Position numbers and translations under genes: made by a program. Shown here in pieces: positions 1 through 10,919 of a stretch of 64,000 nucleotides of DNA. The DNA lies in contig OW569390.1 in assembly GCA_937625935.1 (NCBI GenBank), forward strand, positions 310,001 to 374,000, written 5' to 3'. The DNA comes from Tetramitus jugosus. Lineage: Eukaryota; Protista; Heterolobosea. The first letter of the stretch is position 1, and the number at the start of each line of letters is the position of its first letter. The notes below the pieces were generated by a model. That model made no database searches. It worked only from the letters and a program-made list of their open reading frames with translations, and had not been told where the DNA came from.

Positions 1-229
1 CTGTTTCTTTGCGCGCATTGAATTTTTTGCCTCGACCAATGTATTCTCCACATACAGTGCACCGAATACTCATTGGTAACATCATACGTGTCTTGATTTG
101 ATCATGTGATTTGGATTGTTGTTGTTGTTGTGATTTGTTTTTTTTGTTGTGGAGACGGTTGAGTTTGGCAGATTCAGCTGGATCGAAATCTGGTGGGTAG
201 TATTTACTAATGACTTTTCTCTCTGCCAT
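1..229 (-). CDS. YJU2: Splicing factor YJU2/CCDC94 (Cwc16 family), 5' part; runs off the window edge
   Basis: Absent from the ORF track. Manual translation from ATG 229 gives [17 protein letters not shown]...[30 protein letters not shown], matching the YJU2/CWC16 N-terminus and its Zn-binding CxxC. Confidence 0.93.
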   Translation of the reverse strand, partial: MAERKVISKYYPPDFDPAESAKLNRLHNKKNKSQQQQQSKSHDQIKTRMMLPMSIRCTVCGEYIGRGKKFNARKET

Positions 230-304
230 GATGATTATTGGTTGTTGTTTGATTGTTCAAGTTGTTGTTGTGTTTTTTGTGCTTTTGTGCGATTTCTCGT
301 TGCA

Positions 305-312
305 GCGGGGAA
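305..312 (-). promoter_or_regulatory. Candidate promoter element TTCCCCGC upstream of YJU2 (recurrent motif)
   Basis: The same oriented TCCC(C)GC motif lies shortly upstream of several other start codons in the window. Confidence 0.4.
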
Positions 313-475
313 TTTATGTTCGATCAAAATAAAGTAAAAACTGGGCGCGCAAAGTTGATTGTATTTTATAGAGGAATTGGTGGATTGGTGAGGCATAGTA
401 GTATAGCTTTTAGATGATAGTACACAACAGTTTTTAAGGATTCATTAGAGAGAGTGTGTACTGACAGCAGTTGTC

Positions 476-1234
476 TTACTCTGAATTGATTCCAAAGAGT
501 CTAAACTTGTGGAAATAAGGGAACTTTGGTATAAGAGCAATCATTCCAAATGTAATATTCAGCAACAGTAAATCATAGGCAACATAGGCCGTAATAAATA
601 AGCTACACAACAAGAAAACAAAAAACACCGTGTCAATCAATTTGATCATGAGAGCTATTAGACAAGAAAAACAAACAGAAGAAATGCAGGCTACAGCTGT
701 AGTTGTTGCATCAAGATACACATATCACAATCACACATACATCAACAATGGAATCAAAGTAAAAAACTTCTTTGTTGGAGTCAGTTGTCTCTGATCATCA
801 ATTTGCTCCCAGAAGGTCAATTTGTCGTATTTGCCCTGTGGATGATAAGAGCTTTCCAATGGTGATCCCTTCACCCAATGAACCATCACAAATGTAATCT
901 ACAAGGTAGAGAGAATTAACAAACACACAATTTTTCATTTTGCAAAAAAAAAAAGCATGTTAGCTCTCAATGTTCGTCTACGCTTGTTCAGAAGCATGCT
1001 TACAAAAAAAAATGTGATTGTTGTTTGAATCACACGTGTGTGGTAGGATATATGAGAGAGAGAGATGATACTTACGGATGCATGCAATATGTTAACAATA
1101 GTCCATGTGATACGAGGACTCACTCCAATGAAATGGAAAAATAGAACAAAACCAGTGATGAGTGAGACATAGAACATCCAAAATCGCTTCTTTTGAACGG
1201 GTGATACGTTGGGGTTGGTTGTCACTCTTTCCAT
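476..1234 (-). CDS. ORMDL: ORMDL/Orm1 family sphingolipid synthesis regulator, 3 exons (1234-1076, 898-741, 602-476), 147 aa
   Basis: GT-AG introns 1075-899 and 740-603 keep the frame. Product has WTIVNILH, HWVKGSP, GKYDKLTFWEQID, IPKFP..HKFRLFGIN. Confidence 0.93.
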
Positions 1235-1516
1235 TGTTTTTAATATAAAATAATAGAATCGATGCTTTCGTTTGTTTGCTTTCGATAATTTCAGTATTTT
1301 TTTGGAAGCTTTTTTTTCTCTCAATGCATCAAGACCGCAGCAAGGAGAATTCATCACAGCTGACGTGTCGGGACAAGATCGTCATTCCCCGCCATCTATT
1401 TTCCTAACCCGAATTCGAAAACGTAACCTTGGACGCACAACATCAAAAAAACACTGCTTGAAGCTTGGACAAACACAGACAACAATAACAACAGCTTGGG
1501 ACACCACGTTCAGAAT

Positions 1517-3522
1517 ATGCTTGAGCATCAGAAAGACCTCTTATTTCACATTTTTCAATACTGTGATTTGAGTACTCATTTGACACTGTCACTCGTTTCA
1601 CGTGAATGTCACGAAATTGCCTCCAGTAATCGACTATGGTCCGTCAACCTCAACTACTTTTGTTCTCATTTGGCCAATCACTTGAATCGAACAGAACAAG
1701 TATCTATGAATCGTTATGTCGCTGTCTATACTTCACTGGTAATAACAATAACAATAATGCGAATAATGCGAATAATAATGGAGTAGTGAATCCGACAATG
1801 CAATATCGGTCGTCCAATAGCAACCGATTCAATTTTTCTCATTTGAGTCACTTGAATTTGTCGCACTTGTTGTACATTGATGACAAGTTTCAAAATTTTT
1901 TACCTGCTGTACAGAATTCGGCATTTGGTATCAGTGCGAGTGATCGGTGGATACCAATCACCAATCATCCAAACTCTATTCATGCTCTTGACAATCATCC
2001 TATGAATATGCATTATAGAAATTATCATAACGGTGGTAGTAGTAATAGTGGTCATCCTCATCATCAGTTGATGATTCATATGGCATCCGATGATGAAAAT
2101 GATGAAGAAGACGATGTTGATGGTGAAGATGACAAGGTGAACAATGAGAATGCTGATGATGAAAATGTAAGTGAACACAGTGATGATACATTCATCAACA
2201 ACGACAGCAATAATAGTATAAGAAGGCGAAAAACTACGACTCGGGGGAAACAAAGAAGAGCGCACTCAAATGAAGACAGTTGGCACAATTATGCAATGAG
2301 TGTTTCGGATGAAGATGAATCGAACGGTATTCGTTACAAGGATCAATTGATTGACTTTTTAAGACGAGTCAAGAATTATGAGACGAGGCAGTTCCGTGAG
2401 AGAGAAATGGTCAAAGTCGACACCTTTTTCCATCATGCAAAGTATTATCTCAGTGCGTTTGCACTATCTCTTTTGATGTTGTTTGGAGTGGTGAATATGA
2501 TATTATGGGGATTGGCTGTGGACAATGTAGTGCCCTACGCGTATAGCATGGTGGCTGCCTTCTTTTGTAGTTGTTTCATTATTTTGATTCCCATTGTGTA
2601 TAGCATGTTTATGGGTGTGATACCGATATCGAGCTTGTTTAGTCGATTCTTTAGATGTCGGATGCCGCAGATTGAGATGGATTCAACCAATTATTTCACA
2701 TCTGTGCTCATGTTTCATTTCACTTGGGTTCCCTGTGCGCTGTTGGTGGTCAGTCTCAAGATATTGCTCTTTGAGCAATCTGTATGGAATTATATATTGA
2801 CGCCAGTGTATTTGTTGATTGCGGCCTTGTTGACGGTTCAAGTGGTGTGTGCAGCACGTGTTACTCGCGAGAATAATGTGATGATTGCACAGTTGGACAA
2901 GGGACAAGTCAAAGTTCAAACTGGGTTCAGCAAATGGAAATACAAGGATTACCTGCGCAGTGTGACTACAACTGTATGGCTCATTACTTCATCTCTAATT
3001 GTTTGCGATTTGGCACTCGTGTTGAGTGCTGTCCTGTGCAGTGCCAACACTGACCTAGACATGAAGTGGTCATACTCGACGCTGATGCTTCCTATTTACT
3101 TTGCTGCTGTTGTGCAATTGATACTGGTATTGTCTTCGATACGTTCGGTTGGAACTCTGGGTATTTCGTTCAGGTTGGTACTCTCATTGTCATAGTTCAT
3201 TGTCAATCTTTGGTTCATTTTTGTAGCTAACTCTATTTATCTACTCCACTTTAGAGCTATTCGCGGTATGAAACTCAAGTCTATCTTTGTTTATGTTAGA
3301 GGAGTGACATTTACGTACCCATTGTTCTGCTTGACATGTGCTGTGTTTCCCTTTTGCTTGTTGCTGGGTCTGATTGCTGATGGCGAAGTCAAAACAATGT
3401 ATACGGCTGCTTTCAGTCTTTTATACATTCCCCTATGCTGTTGTAGCTGCTTATGGTTTGCTGCAGGTAGTTTACTCTTGTATGCTAATCCTGGTTGCTG
3501 CTACACTAGCGAAGGAGTATAG
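1517..3522 (+). CDS. F-box protein with acidic/low-complexity linker and C-terminal multi-pass TM domain (TMEM185-like)
   Basis: F-box LLFHIFQYCDLSTHLTLSLVSRECHEIASSNRLW starts at ATG 1517. A frame switch to ORF 1636-3195 is needed (candidate intron 1700-1914 or an indel). Intron 3174-3254 joins in frame to 3255-3522. About 8 hydrophobic helices with W..(I/L)..P.Y motifs. Confidence 0.65.
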
Positions 3523-3677
3523 CCTACGGAGAGTAAAATTCCGCTTTATTTGTTCGTTATTAATGGCGGTTTCATCCCGTACGAAAAACTTGCGTTTTTT
3601 TGTCTTGCTTGTTGCTGAGAACTAGTAATTCTCAATCGAACTGTGGTTCATTTATCTGAGAGAGAGAAACGAATAAT

Positions 3678-5309
3678 ATGAGCTCACCTCGCTTAGAAGA
3701 TCATCAGGATGTAGCTGCTGGAGTCGACGAACTCTATCAACGATGGAGAATGCTTGAAACAGAGAGAAAAACAAGCTTCGAAACCAGAAACAAGGCAGTC
3801 AAGCAGAATCAAGATACCTTGGACAGTGTAAAGAAGGTGAACAAGGAATTGAAAGCACAACTTGCCAAGTTACACAGAGAACAAACAGGCTCCAATAAGT
3901 CGTTCCAGGAAAGAACTTATGAAAAGCTAGAAACTCAAGTACACATGCTGAGAAAACAGTATGATGAAGCATGCAATGAGTTTAAAACTCTCATGAAGAA
4001 AGCTGCATCAAAGAGAGATAAACTAGCTGATTTAGATTCAGAAAGAGCCCCCATTCTTACTGATGAATCACCCTTGACTAGACAGATCCGTATCCTGGAG
4101 AATCGATTGGATAAGGCGATGATTAAGTACAACGAAGCACAATCTATTAAGAAAACTTATGAACATATTTTGCGCCGTTTGAAGGAAGAGAGAATAGGTT
4201 TTGACAATCAATTGCAAGCGATCGAGCGAACACTGAAAGCAAAGGAGCACGATTATCAAGACTTGTTGAACATGTCTCATGATGCTAATTATTTACGAGA
4301 AATGGCCAAGGGAGAATTATTACAAACAAAGACTGAGTTTGAAGAGCGTGAGAGAGACCAGGAGAAAAATCTAAAGGAGAAGAGATCTTATGTTGGTACT
4401 CGAATTGAAATGACGAGCAAGTTATCAAAGAGAGAAGCATTGAAGAGAGAACAAGAGTTAAATAGTTCCAACAACAGACTGAATAATTCAATGACTTTCA
4501 ACAGCATTCAGAATGATACGAGATTGGAGATGGAACATGAAAAATTGACAAATCTAGAGAATCAATGGAGGAAGATTAAGGAGGTGACTGGAGTCAATGA
4601 TACCAATGATGTTATCCAGAAGTTTCTATCCTCACATGACACACATAAAAATTTAGTACTCATGACAAAAGAAGCCCAAAGAAAGATTGACGAACTCGCT
4701 CAGAAGAGACAAAACCTAAAGTCAAAGTTGGATGATTCGAAGTATAGTCAGAACTCGGCGCTTGGATCGAAGAGAATTATAGATGATTACATGCAGCAGT
4801 TGAGCGACCTGCAGAGTGTTGCAGAGAGAAATAGAAAGAAGTATGAGAGAGTCAAGCGAGTGCTCATCAATGTGAAGGCGGGCGTTGAGCATTTGAGTGA
4901 AAAACTCAAGGCAAAGAAGGTGGATGAAAATGCAGTGATGGACGAGAAGCAGTACATTGTTCAGTCTCTTGAGTCATGCAAGGGTCGACTGAGGATAGTA
5001 ATTAGTGACTTGGGAGATAACATTAATGATATTGAAAAGCAAGCATCTGCCATCTCAGTAGCAGCGACAACACCAACCCTTTCAACATCTGCTGATCTCA
5101 ACTCCTCCGAGATACGGTTGAGTCACAACAATATGCGGATTTCTTTGGAACACGAAACAGATGAAGAAGAAGATGATGAAATGCAAGGAGAAGAGGAATC
5201 TGATGAGGAAGGTGAAGGCGATGTAATGAACAGAGAACGAGTGAAAAAGTATGCCAAGTTCGCAGCAGAAAAAGGAAGAAAGAGAGGAAAGAAAAAGAAG
5301 GGCATTTAG
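3678..5309 (+). CDS. Outer dynein arm docking complex coiled-coil subunit (CCDC151/ODAD3, DC1/ODA10-like)
   Basis: 543-aa coiled coil containing IRILENRLDKAMIKYNEAQSIKKTYEHILRRLKEERIGFDNQL, with an acidic then basic tail. Confidence 0.85.
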   Translation: MSSPRLEDHQDVAAGVDELYQRWRMLETERKTSFETRNKAVKQNQDTLDSVKKVNKELKAQLAKLHREQTGSNKSFQERTYEKLETQVHMLRKQYDEACNEFKTLMKKAASKRDKLADLDSERAPILTDESPLTRQIRILENRLDKAMIKYNEAQSIKKTYEHILRRLKEERIGFDNQLQAIERTLKAKEHDYQDLLNMSHDANYLREMAKGELLQTKTEFEERERDQEKNLKEKRSYVGTRIEMTSKLSKREALKREQELNSSNNRLNNSMTFNSIQNDTRLEMEHEKLTNLENQWRKIKEVTGVNDTNDVIQKFLSSHDTHKNLVLMTKEAQRKIDELAQKRQNLKSKLDDSKYSQNSALGSKRIIDDYMQQLSDLQSVAERNRKKYERVKRVLINVKAGVEHLSEKLKAKKVDENAVMDEKQYIVQSLESCKGRLRIVISDLGDNINDIEKQASAISVAATTPTLSTSADLNSSEIRLSHNNMRISLEHETDEEEDDEMQGEEESDEEGEGDVMNRERVKKYAKFAAEKGRKRGKKKKGI

Positions 5310-5387
5310 ATGTATCTCTTGAGCTTTTGAATTGCTTCGCACATTGCCTCTCGAACATACCTGTTGTAAAACTATGATTTCTTATTT

Positions 5388-5960
5388 TTACTTGAAAATA
5401 TTGTGTCTATAGTACTTTAGCTCTTCAATCGATTCAATGATATCGTCCAATGCTCTGTGAACGTTCTTCTTTGGTGGTTGACTTGCAAACTGTGTGGGGT
5501 ACCATCTTCGACACAATTCCTTAATACCACTGACATCCACAATCCTATAGTGAAACAATTGATTCAATGTTGGCATCTGCTTCGATATGAACTGTCTATC
5601 TACATAGACACTATTTCCTGCAATCAATGGTCTTGCACTAATATTGTCATTGTTTGCCAAGTCAACCACAGCATTCTCTACGAGAAAATCAATCACCATC
5701 TGCTCTGCTTGTGCCAGTGAAATCTTGGAGTTGCGAACTCGTTCAGTAAGCCCAGATTCCCCATGATGTGTCCTATTCCAATCATCCATTGCATTCAACA
5801 AATCATCAGAGCAATGAATGACAATAGAGTCGTTCATTTGAGCTAGAATATTGAGATTGGAGTCTGTTACGATGGCAGCAATCTCAATAATTTGTTCCTT
5901 TTCAATGTTGAGACCAGTCATCTCCAAATCAATCCACACGAGTGGTGATTGTTGTTGCAT
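5388..5960 (-). CDS. REXO2: Oligoribonuclease (DEDDh; Orn/REXO2)
   Basis: LVWIDLEMTGL, HGESGL, AGNSVYVDR, HYRIVDVS, HRALDDI.ESIEEL; first ATG at 5960. Confidence 0.95.
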   Translation of the reverse strand: MQQQSPLVWIDLEMTGLNIEKEQIIEIAAIVTDSNLNILAQMNDSIVIHCSDDLLNAMDDWNRTHHGESGLTERVRNSKISLAQAEQMVIDFLVENAVVDLANNDNISARPLIAGNSVYVDRQFISKQMPTLNQLFHYRIVDVSGIKELCRRWYPTQFASQPPKKNVHRALDDIIESIEELKYYRHNIFK

Positions 5961-6335
5961 TTTCGATCGTTTTTTGTTGTTTTCTTGTTTTGATGATCCT
6001 TGTGTCTCGAGCAAGAGAGGGACGAATTTGAAGAGAAAATTAATTCAGAACTACAATCAACTCCCAGAACTCCAGGAATACAACCTGATACGAGTGTTAC
6101 AAGGCGAGACAACAATTCTGTAAACAGTTTGTTGATATCTCAAATTTCTCCGGTTCCAATGCACGTGTTGGCCGATTTCACATGCTTGTTGCGTGTGCAA
6201 ACTCCGAAAAAACAAAAAGAGTGAGTGTCTCATATTTATTGTGTGATTGATTTTAATTCATAAGATATCATACCGTGAAAGGGAAGAAGCACACCATACG
6301 CACGCGCACATACACAGGAGAGATTAAAGAATCAC

Positions 6336-8236
6336 ATGTCTCTGTCATCATCCATGCACACACCACAGCGTGGTGGCTCTAATAACAACAACAACAACAA
6401 TAGCATAGTGGTTGGTACTCCTTCCTACTATCACAGCCTAGAGGAAGATGATAGCTTTGATTCTCCGCCAGTCAGAGCTACACCCATCAAAGCTACAGCA
6501 ACAACACCAAATAACAACAATAGCTACAGTAGCAATAGACAACCACACAGAGAGAGTGATGGACTATTGAATCATAGCTACCATAATGCAGCTGTGAACT
6601 CATCGTTCTCATCTGCTGAAGATGATGAATTGAACGAGTTTTATGACAATGAGAACAATAATAACAATCACAATGATAGTGGTTTATTCAAGTTTTTGCG
6701 TTTGCACATGGTTGTGATTGGAGTGTTGTCTGCATTGATTATCATTTCAGTGCTGACATCAAGCTTAGTCTTGAGTAATAAGCGATTGACACGTATGTTA
6801 CTGTAATACTTGCCTTTTTTTTTGTGGTTCGTTTTATGTGTATTTTTCGCCAAGAGAGAGCTCTCTGCGCGCTTTTTGTATTTACAGCAAAGTTGACCAA
6901 GAGCTAACACTATGGATTTTTTTCGGTCGATTTAGATGTTGCGACTGAACAACACTGTTCCTCTCACTGCAAGTACCAATTGGTGGAATCGATACCTGAT
7001 CAAGTAGACCTCGAATTGTTGCCAGGAACCAATTACACTGTGAATGCATGGTTAGACATTATCAACAATGCTCAAAAGACACTCAAGATTGCTGCATTTT
7101 ACTCCAATTTGAGAAATGATTACAAGGAGCCTCACAACATTGGTGGTTGGATGGGAAATCAGATTATGGAAGCTATTGTGAAGGCTCATGAAAGAGGTGT
7201 AGCTGTCACTCTTGTTCAAAACTCTCCTGTTCCTGGTTTGACTCACTCTGACACGGATTGGCTCAGAGACAACAAGATTGCGACCGTGGTTTATGTCGAT
7301 TGGGGTGCTGCGTTCGGTGGTGTGCTTCACACAAAGATGCTCATCTCTGACGATGTTCGATTCTATGTGGGAAGTGCCAATCTCGATTGGACAAGTCTTG
7401 CTCAAGTGAAGGAGTTGGGTATTTATGTGTCTGATTGTTCTTGCTTGGCCGGTGATATTGAAAAGATTTGGGGCGCGTACAAGTATGTTGGATCCAACTT
7501 GAAGAGCAATCTCAAGAATATGGCTCACGGATTCCCATCTGCTCTTGAAACAAAGATCAATATTCATCATCCATTGAGCATTTCATTCGCCAATGATCCA
7601 TCTCAATCAGGAAAGATGTTTTTCTCAAGCGGTCCACAGGCAGTGAATCCTTTGGAGAGAACCAATGATATTGCAGCTCTATTGAGTGTAATCAATGGTG
7701 CCACTCGCACTCTGTCCATTTCTGTGATGGATTACTTGCCTTTGGATACCTATGGATCACCAAGGTCCTTCTGGGGTGAGATTGAAGATGCACTCAAGAA
7801 CGCAATTACGAGAAACGTCACTGTTCAAATGCTAATTTCCAAGTGGTCTCACTCTTCTGACCTGCAAGTTCCAGTGATTAGCAGTCTGAACAAGTTTGGC
7901 TCTTTCTGCAAGTTCTCTAACACCAAGAACCATACTTCCAATCCATGGTGCACTGGCTCCATTACTGTGAAACTGTTTGAGATTCCTGATGCAAAAGGAT
8001 ACGAACCAATTCCATTCACACGTGTGAATCATGCCAAATTTATGGTGTCTGACAACACGCTCTATCTTTCGACCTCCAACTGGAGCTACGACTACTTCTA
8101 TCGGACTGCTGGTGTCAGTCTTGTGACCACTCATCCAAACATACGGCAAACTGTACAGGACATATTTACAAGAGATTGGAACAGTGCTTATGTCGCTCAG
8201 CCAGACAACGATGAGATGGAAATTTTATCTTACTAA
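6336..8236 (+). CDS. PLD3: PLD3/PLD4-like type II membrane phospholipase D family 5'-3' exonuclease, 2 exons (6336-6792, 6936-8236)
   Basis: Intron 6793-6935 (GTATGT..GCTAAC..TTTAG) joins the N-terminal TM exon in frame. HKD-type motifs VLHTKMLISD..FYVGSAN.DW and RVNHAKFMVSD..TSNWS.DYF. Confidence 0.9.
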
Positions 8237-8261
8237 ATCGAAGTAATTTTTATAATTTCTG

Positions 8262-10562
8262 TCAATTTGGTGCTCTCCATCGAGTTTTATACATGTCCAG
8301 TTTCTTCTTCTTGCGTTGTCTTCGCTCGCCATTAACAGTGATGTAAAAGACCATGCCTATCATGGTTGTTCCCAATGCTAGCAAGTGTCGAATCGACCAC
8401 AAAAATCTGAGCAAACCAAATGACTGTAAAAACTTCGTAAGGCCAGGCACCGGCCAAAGCAATGCATGGAGTACGAATGATGTTAGATCACAGAAGGACT
8501 GAACAAATGACACAGCTAAGAACAGTTCCCATGCCCTAATCTCATCATGAGGCATCAAAGTCACCAAAATAAATACGATACTGTCCCACGTGCCATAGTG
8601 GAACATGTAGTTCACTTGTAGAACCTGTAAGTAGGCTATTGTTCTATTAATGAAGTATGATCCGCCTTGAACAAGATAAAACAGACCAGATGTTTGTAGA
8701 ATGGCATAAATATACCATGGACAGTACTGTTGTGCGATAGAGATATCCATGAGCCATCCAATGACCGGTAGTGGAATTGCGTAATACAGTTTCCTCATGC
8801 CAATGTGAGCAGACATGTAATTAGATCGATCCAAGTACAACAGTAACACTGGATAGCTGTACAATAAACTCTGTGTCAATAACATAAAGGTCATACTCAC
8901 ATCAGAGTACATCCTCATTCCAAACACTGCCAATACACAATAGGGAACAATGGTCGTACTCCATTGTTCTATGCTATGTTTCATTCGATTCTCGCAATTA
9001 AGCAAGTGCCACCGCACTTTGAACGACATTCTTCCCCATCTTGATAAATCATCTCGACACAAATCAATGCCTCTAATAAACATATTTTCGTACTTTGCAT
9101 AGTAGGATACGGCTCTTTCTGGTACTCTCATACCAGATATTAACACTAGCGTCATCATCATCCAAAGAATCAAAAATATTATCGAAGCAGTTTGAAACAC
9201 ATGACTCGCGAGTATACACAGTGTCATCAACGGTAAAGCAGCCATACTAAACAACCGTAGTGAGCCAAACAATGGGTCCACTCTCACCATTTGTTCCCAA
9301 GATGTCATTCGTTGATCATCTTCATCATCCATACCATCTAGATGAAACCGACGATGATGGGCGTGGTGATTTTGATTGTTTAATCTCTCATAAATATAAT
9401 GCGAATTTTTCCTGTAGGTCACAAGTGCACTCCGCACATTACACTCGCAATCAGTGCCATTCGCTGCACTCGAACCACTCATACGACTAGAGCTGTATGA
9501 TAATCGACTCGCACATACATTGTTCGCACGCGAATGAGAATGTGGCTCTCTTTTACACATCGTATCATAATAGTACTGTAACACAAGCAACGTATTCGGT
9601 TGTTTCAATTTCCATTGTCGATTAAAGATTCGTTTCTGCCACAGATTAGAATCATAGCAAATGGATTTCAATGACCGACTCGTCTTTCCTAATTTTAGTA
9701 CTGTCTCAAAATCCACATATTGTACCACGTGCATCCAAATATCACTACAATTCAATTGAGTGGATATCACTCCAACAAAATATTTCAAATCAGCACTTTT
9801 CTGATCAACAGTAGCAGCAGCAGAGGCAAAATTCATCTCACTATTATAATGTTCATCATCCATATTCATTTCTTGATCATTAAACTCTTGACTATACAGT
9901 ATCACAGGTTGATGGTCAACAACACGATGAAAATGATGACTCAAATCATCACCACCAACCAAATGCTCAGCAGGCAGAGAGGGCAATAGCAATGATGATG
10001 ATGATGACGATGAGTCAATCATTCCTGGTACCGACGAGGATTCAAGCTTCATTATCAGTGGTGACGAGGGTGGTGATAGGAGATGAGGAGATCGTATCCG
10101 ACCAATGAATCGATGGTTCCCCTCACCAAAGCTATTACTACTACTATCACCACCACCATGATGATGATCACCATTATGGGCACTACTGCTTGTTAGAGTA
10201 GTAGTCGTTGTAAGAGTGGTTATGATGCTTGTCATCATGGTGGTTGTTGAAGCTTGCTGTTCTTTGGTCGCATCAGCATCACCAATGCTTTGGTTGCTCA
10301 GCTTTTGTGGTTCATTTGTGTTGTTGTTCTGAATGTCATCGTTGTCGTCGCACAACGGAGCAAGCATGGTGGAGACTGTAGATGCAGCGAGCTTACCCGC
10401 CAATTTTGGAATCTTTTTGGCGGGAGATTCATCCGAAAGCAAAAGATGAGAGAGTGGTCGTTTCTTGATAATGTTGATATCGCTCATGATTGTTGTGTGG
10501 TCATATCTGTTCTCCTCTGGATCGTGATGACGGTTGTTCTTCTCGGGAGACACAGGGTACAT
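8262..10562 (-). CDS. F-box protein with long disordered N-terminus and C-terminal multi-pass TM region
   Basis: F-box LNCSDIWMHVVQYVDFETVLKLGKTSRSLKSICYDSNLWQ, about 8 hydrophobic segments in the last ~330 aa, and a basic tail. Confidence 0.7.
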   Translation of the reverse strand: MYPVSPEKNNRHHDPEENRYDHTTIMSDINIIKKRPLSHLLLSDESPAKKIPKLAGKLAASTVSTMLAPLCDDNDDIQNNNTNEPQKLSNQSIGDADATKEQQASTTTMMTSIITTLTTTTTLTSSSAHNGDHHHGGGDSSSNSFGEGNHRFIGRIRSPHLLSPPSSPLIMKLESSSVPGMIDSSSSSSSLLLPSLPAEHLVGGDDLSHHFHRVVDHQPVILYSQEFNDQEMNMDDEHYNSEMNFASAAATVDQKSADLKYFVGVISTQLNCSDIWMHVVQYVDFETVLKLGKTSRSLKSICYDSNLWQKRIFNRQWKLKQPNTLLVLQYYYDTMCKREPHSHSRANNVCASRLSYSSSRMSGSSAANGTDCECNVRSALVTYRKNSHYIYERLNNQNHHAHHRRFHLDGMDDEDDQRMTSWEQMVRVDPLFGSLRLFSMAALPLMTLCILASHVFQTASIIFLILWMMMTLVLISGMRVPERAVSYYAKYENMFIRGIDLCRDDLSRWGRMSFKVRWHLLNCENRMKHSIEQWSTTIVPYCVLAVFGMRMYSDVSMTFMLLTQSLLYSYPVLLLYLDRSNYMSAHIGMRKLYYAIPLPVIGWLMDISIAQQYCPWYIYAILQTSGLFYLVQGGSYFINRTIAYLQVLQVNYMFHYGTWDSIVFILVTLMPHDEIRAWELFLAVSFVQSFCDLTSFVLHALLWPVPGLTKFLQSFGLLRFLWSIRHLLALGTTMIGMVFYITVNGERRQRKKKKLDMYKTRWRAPN

Positions 10563-10919
10563 TTCGATCAACTATGATTGGGTATACTCTGAGTGTTCCC
10601 GCTTTTTTTTGTGCAGAAATCGGAACGTTAGCTCTTTGTTCCAATGAAAACTTTGAACCGTGTTATTGCGATGGCACCAGAACCCCTTCCGCGTCGGTGT
10701 TTGAAGTTGCAAGAATGCATTGGACAAAATGTGGATCATCAAAGTATTCAAACTCTCAGCCCAGGCACAGATTTCGTCTACAGCCAGAACGAACTTTCTC
10801 CGCCATGAACTGATTGAACCTTCCACGAATTCACACACCAAAACGCACTTTGCTCCAAACACACAAACAAACAATTAGACCAATTGAACGAGTACGTTTA
10901 TCACCACCAAGCAGCAGCA

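Noticed and set aside
149-337. 62-aa + strand ORF
   Set aside because: Antisense to the YJU2 start and its CAA-rich leader.
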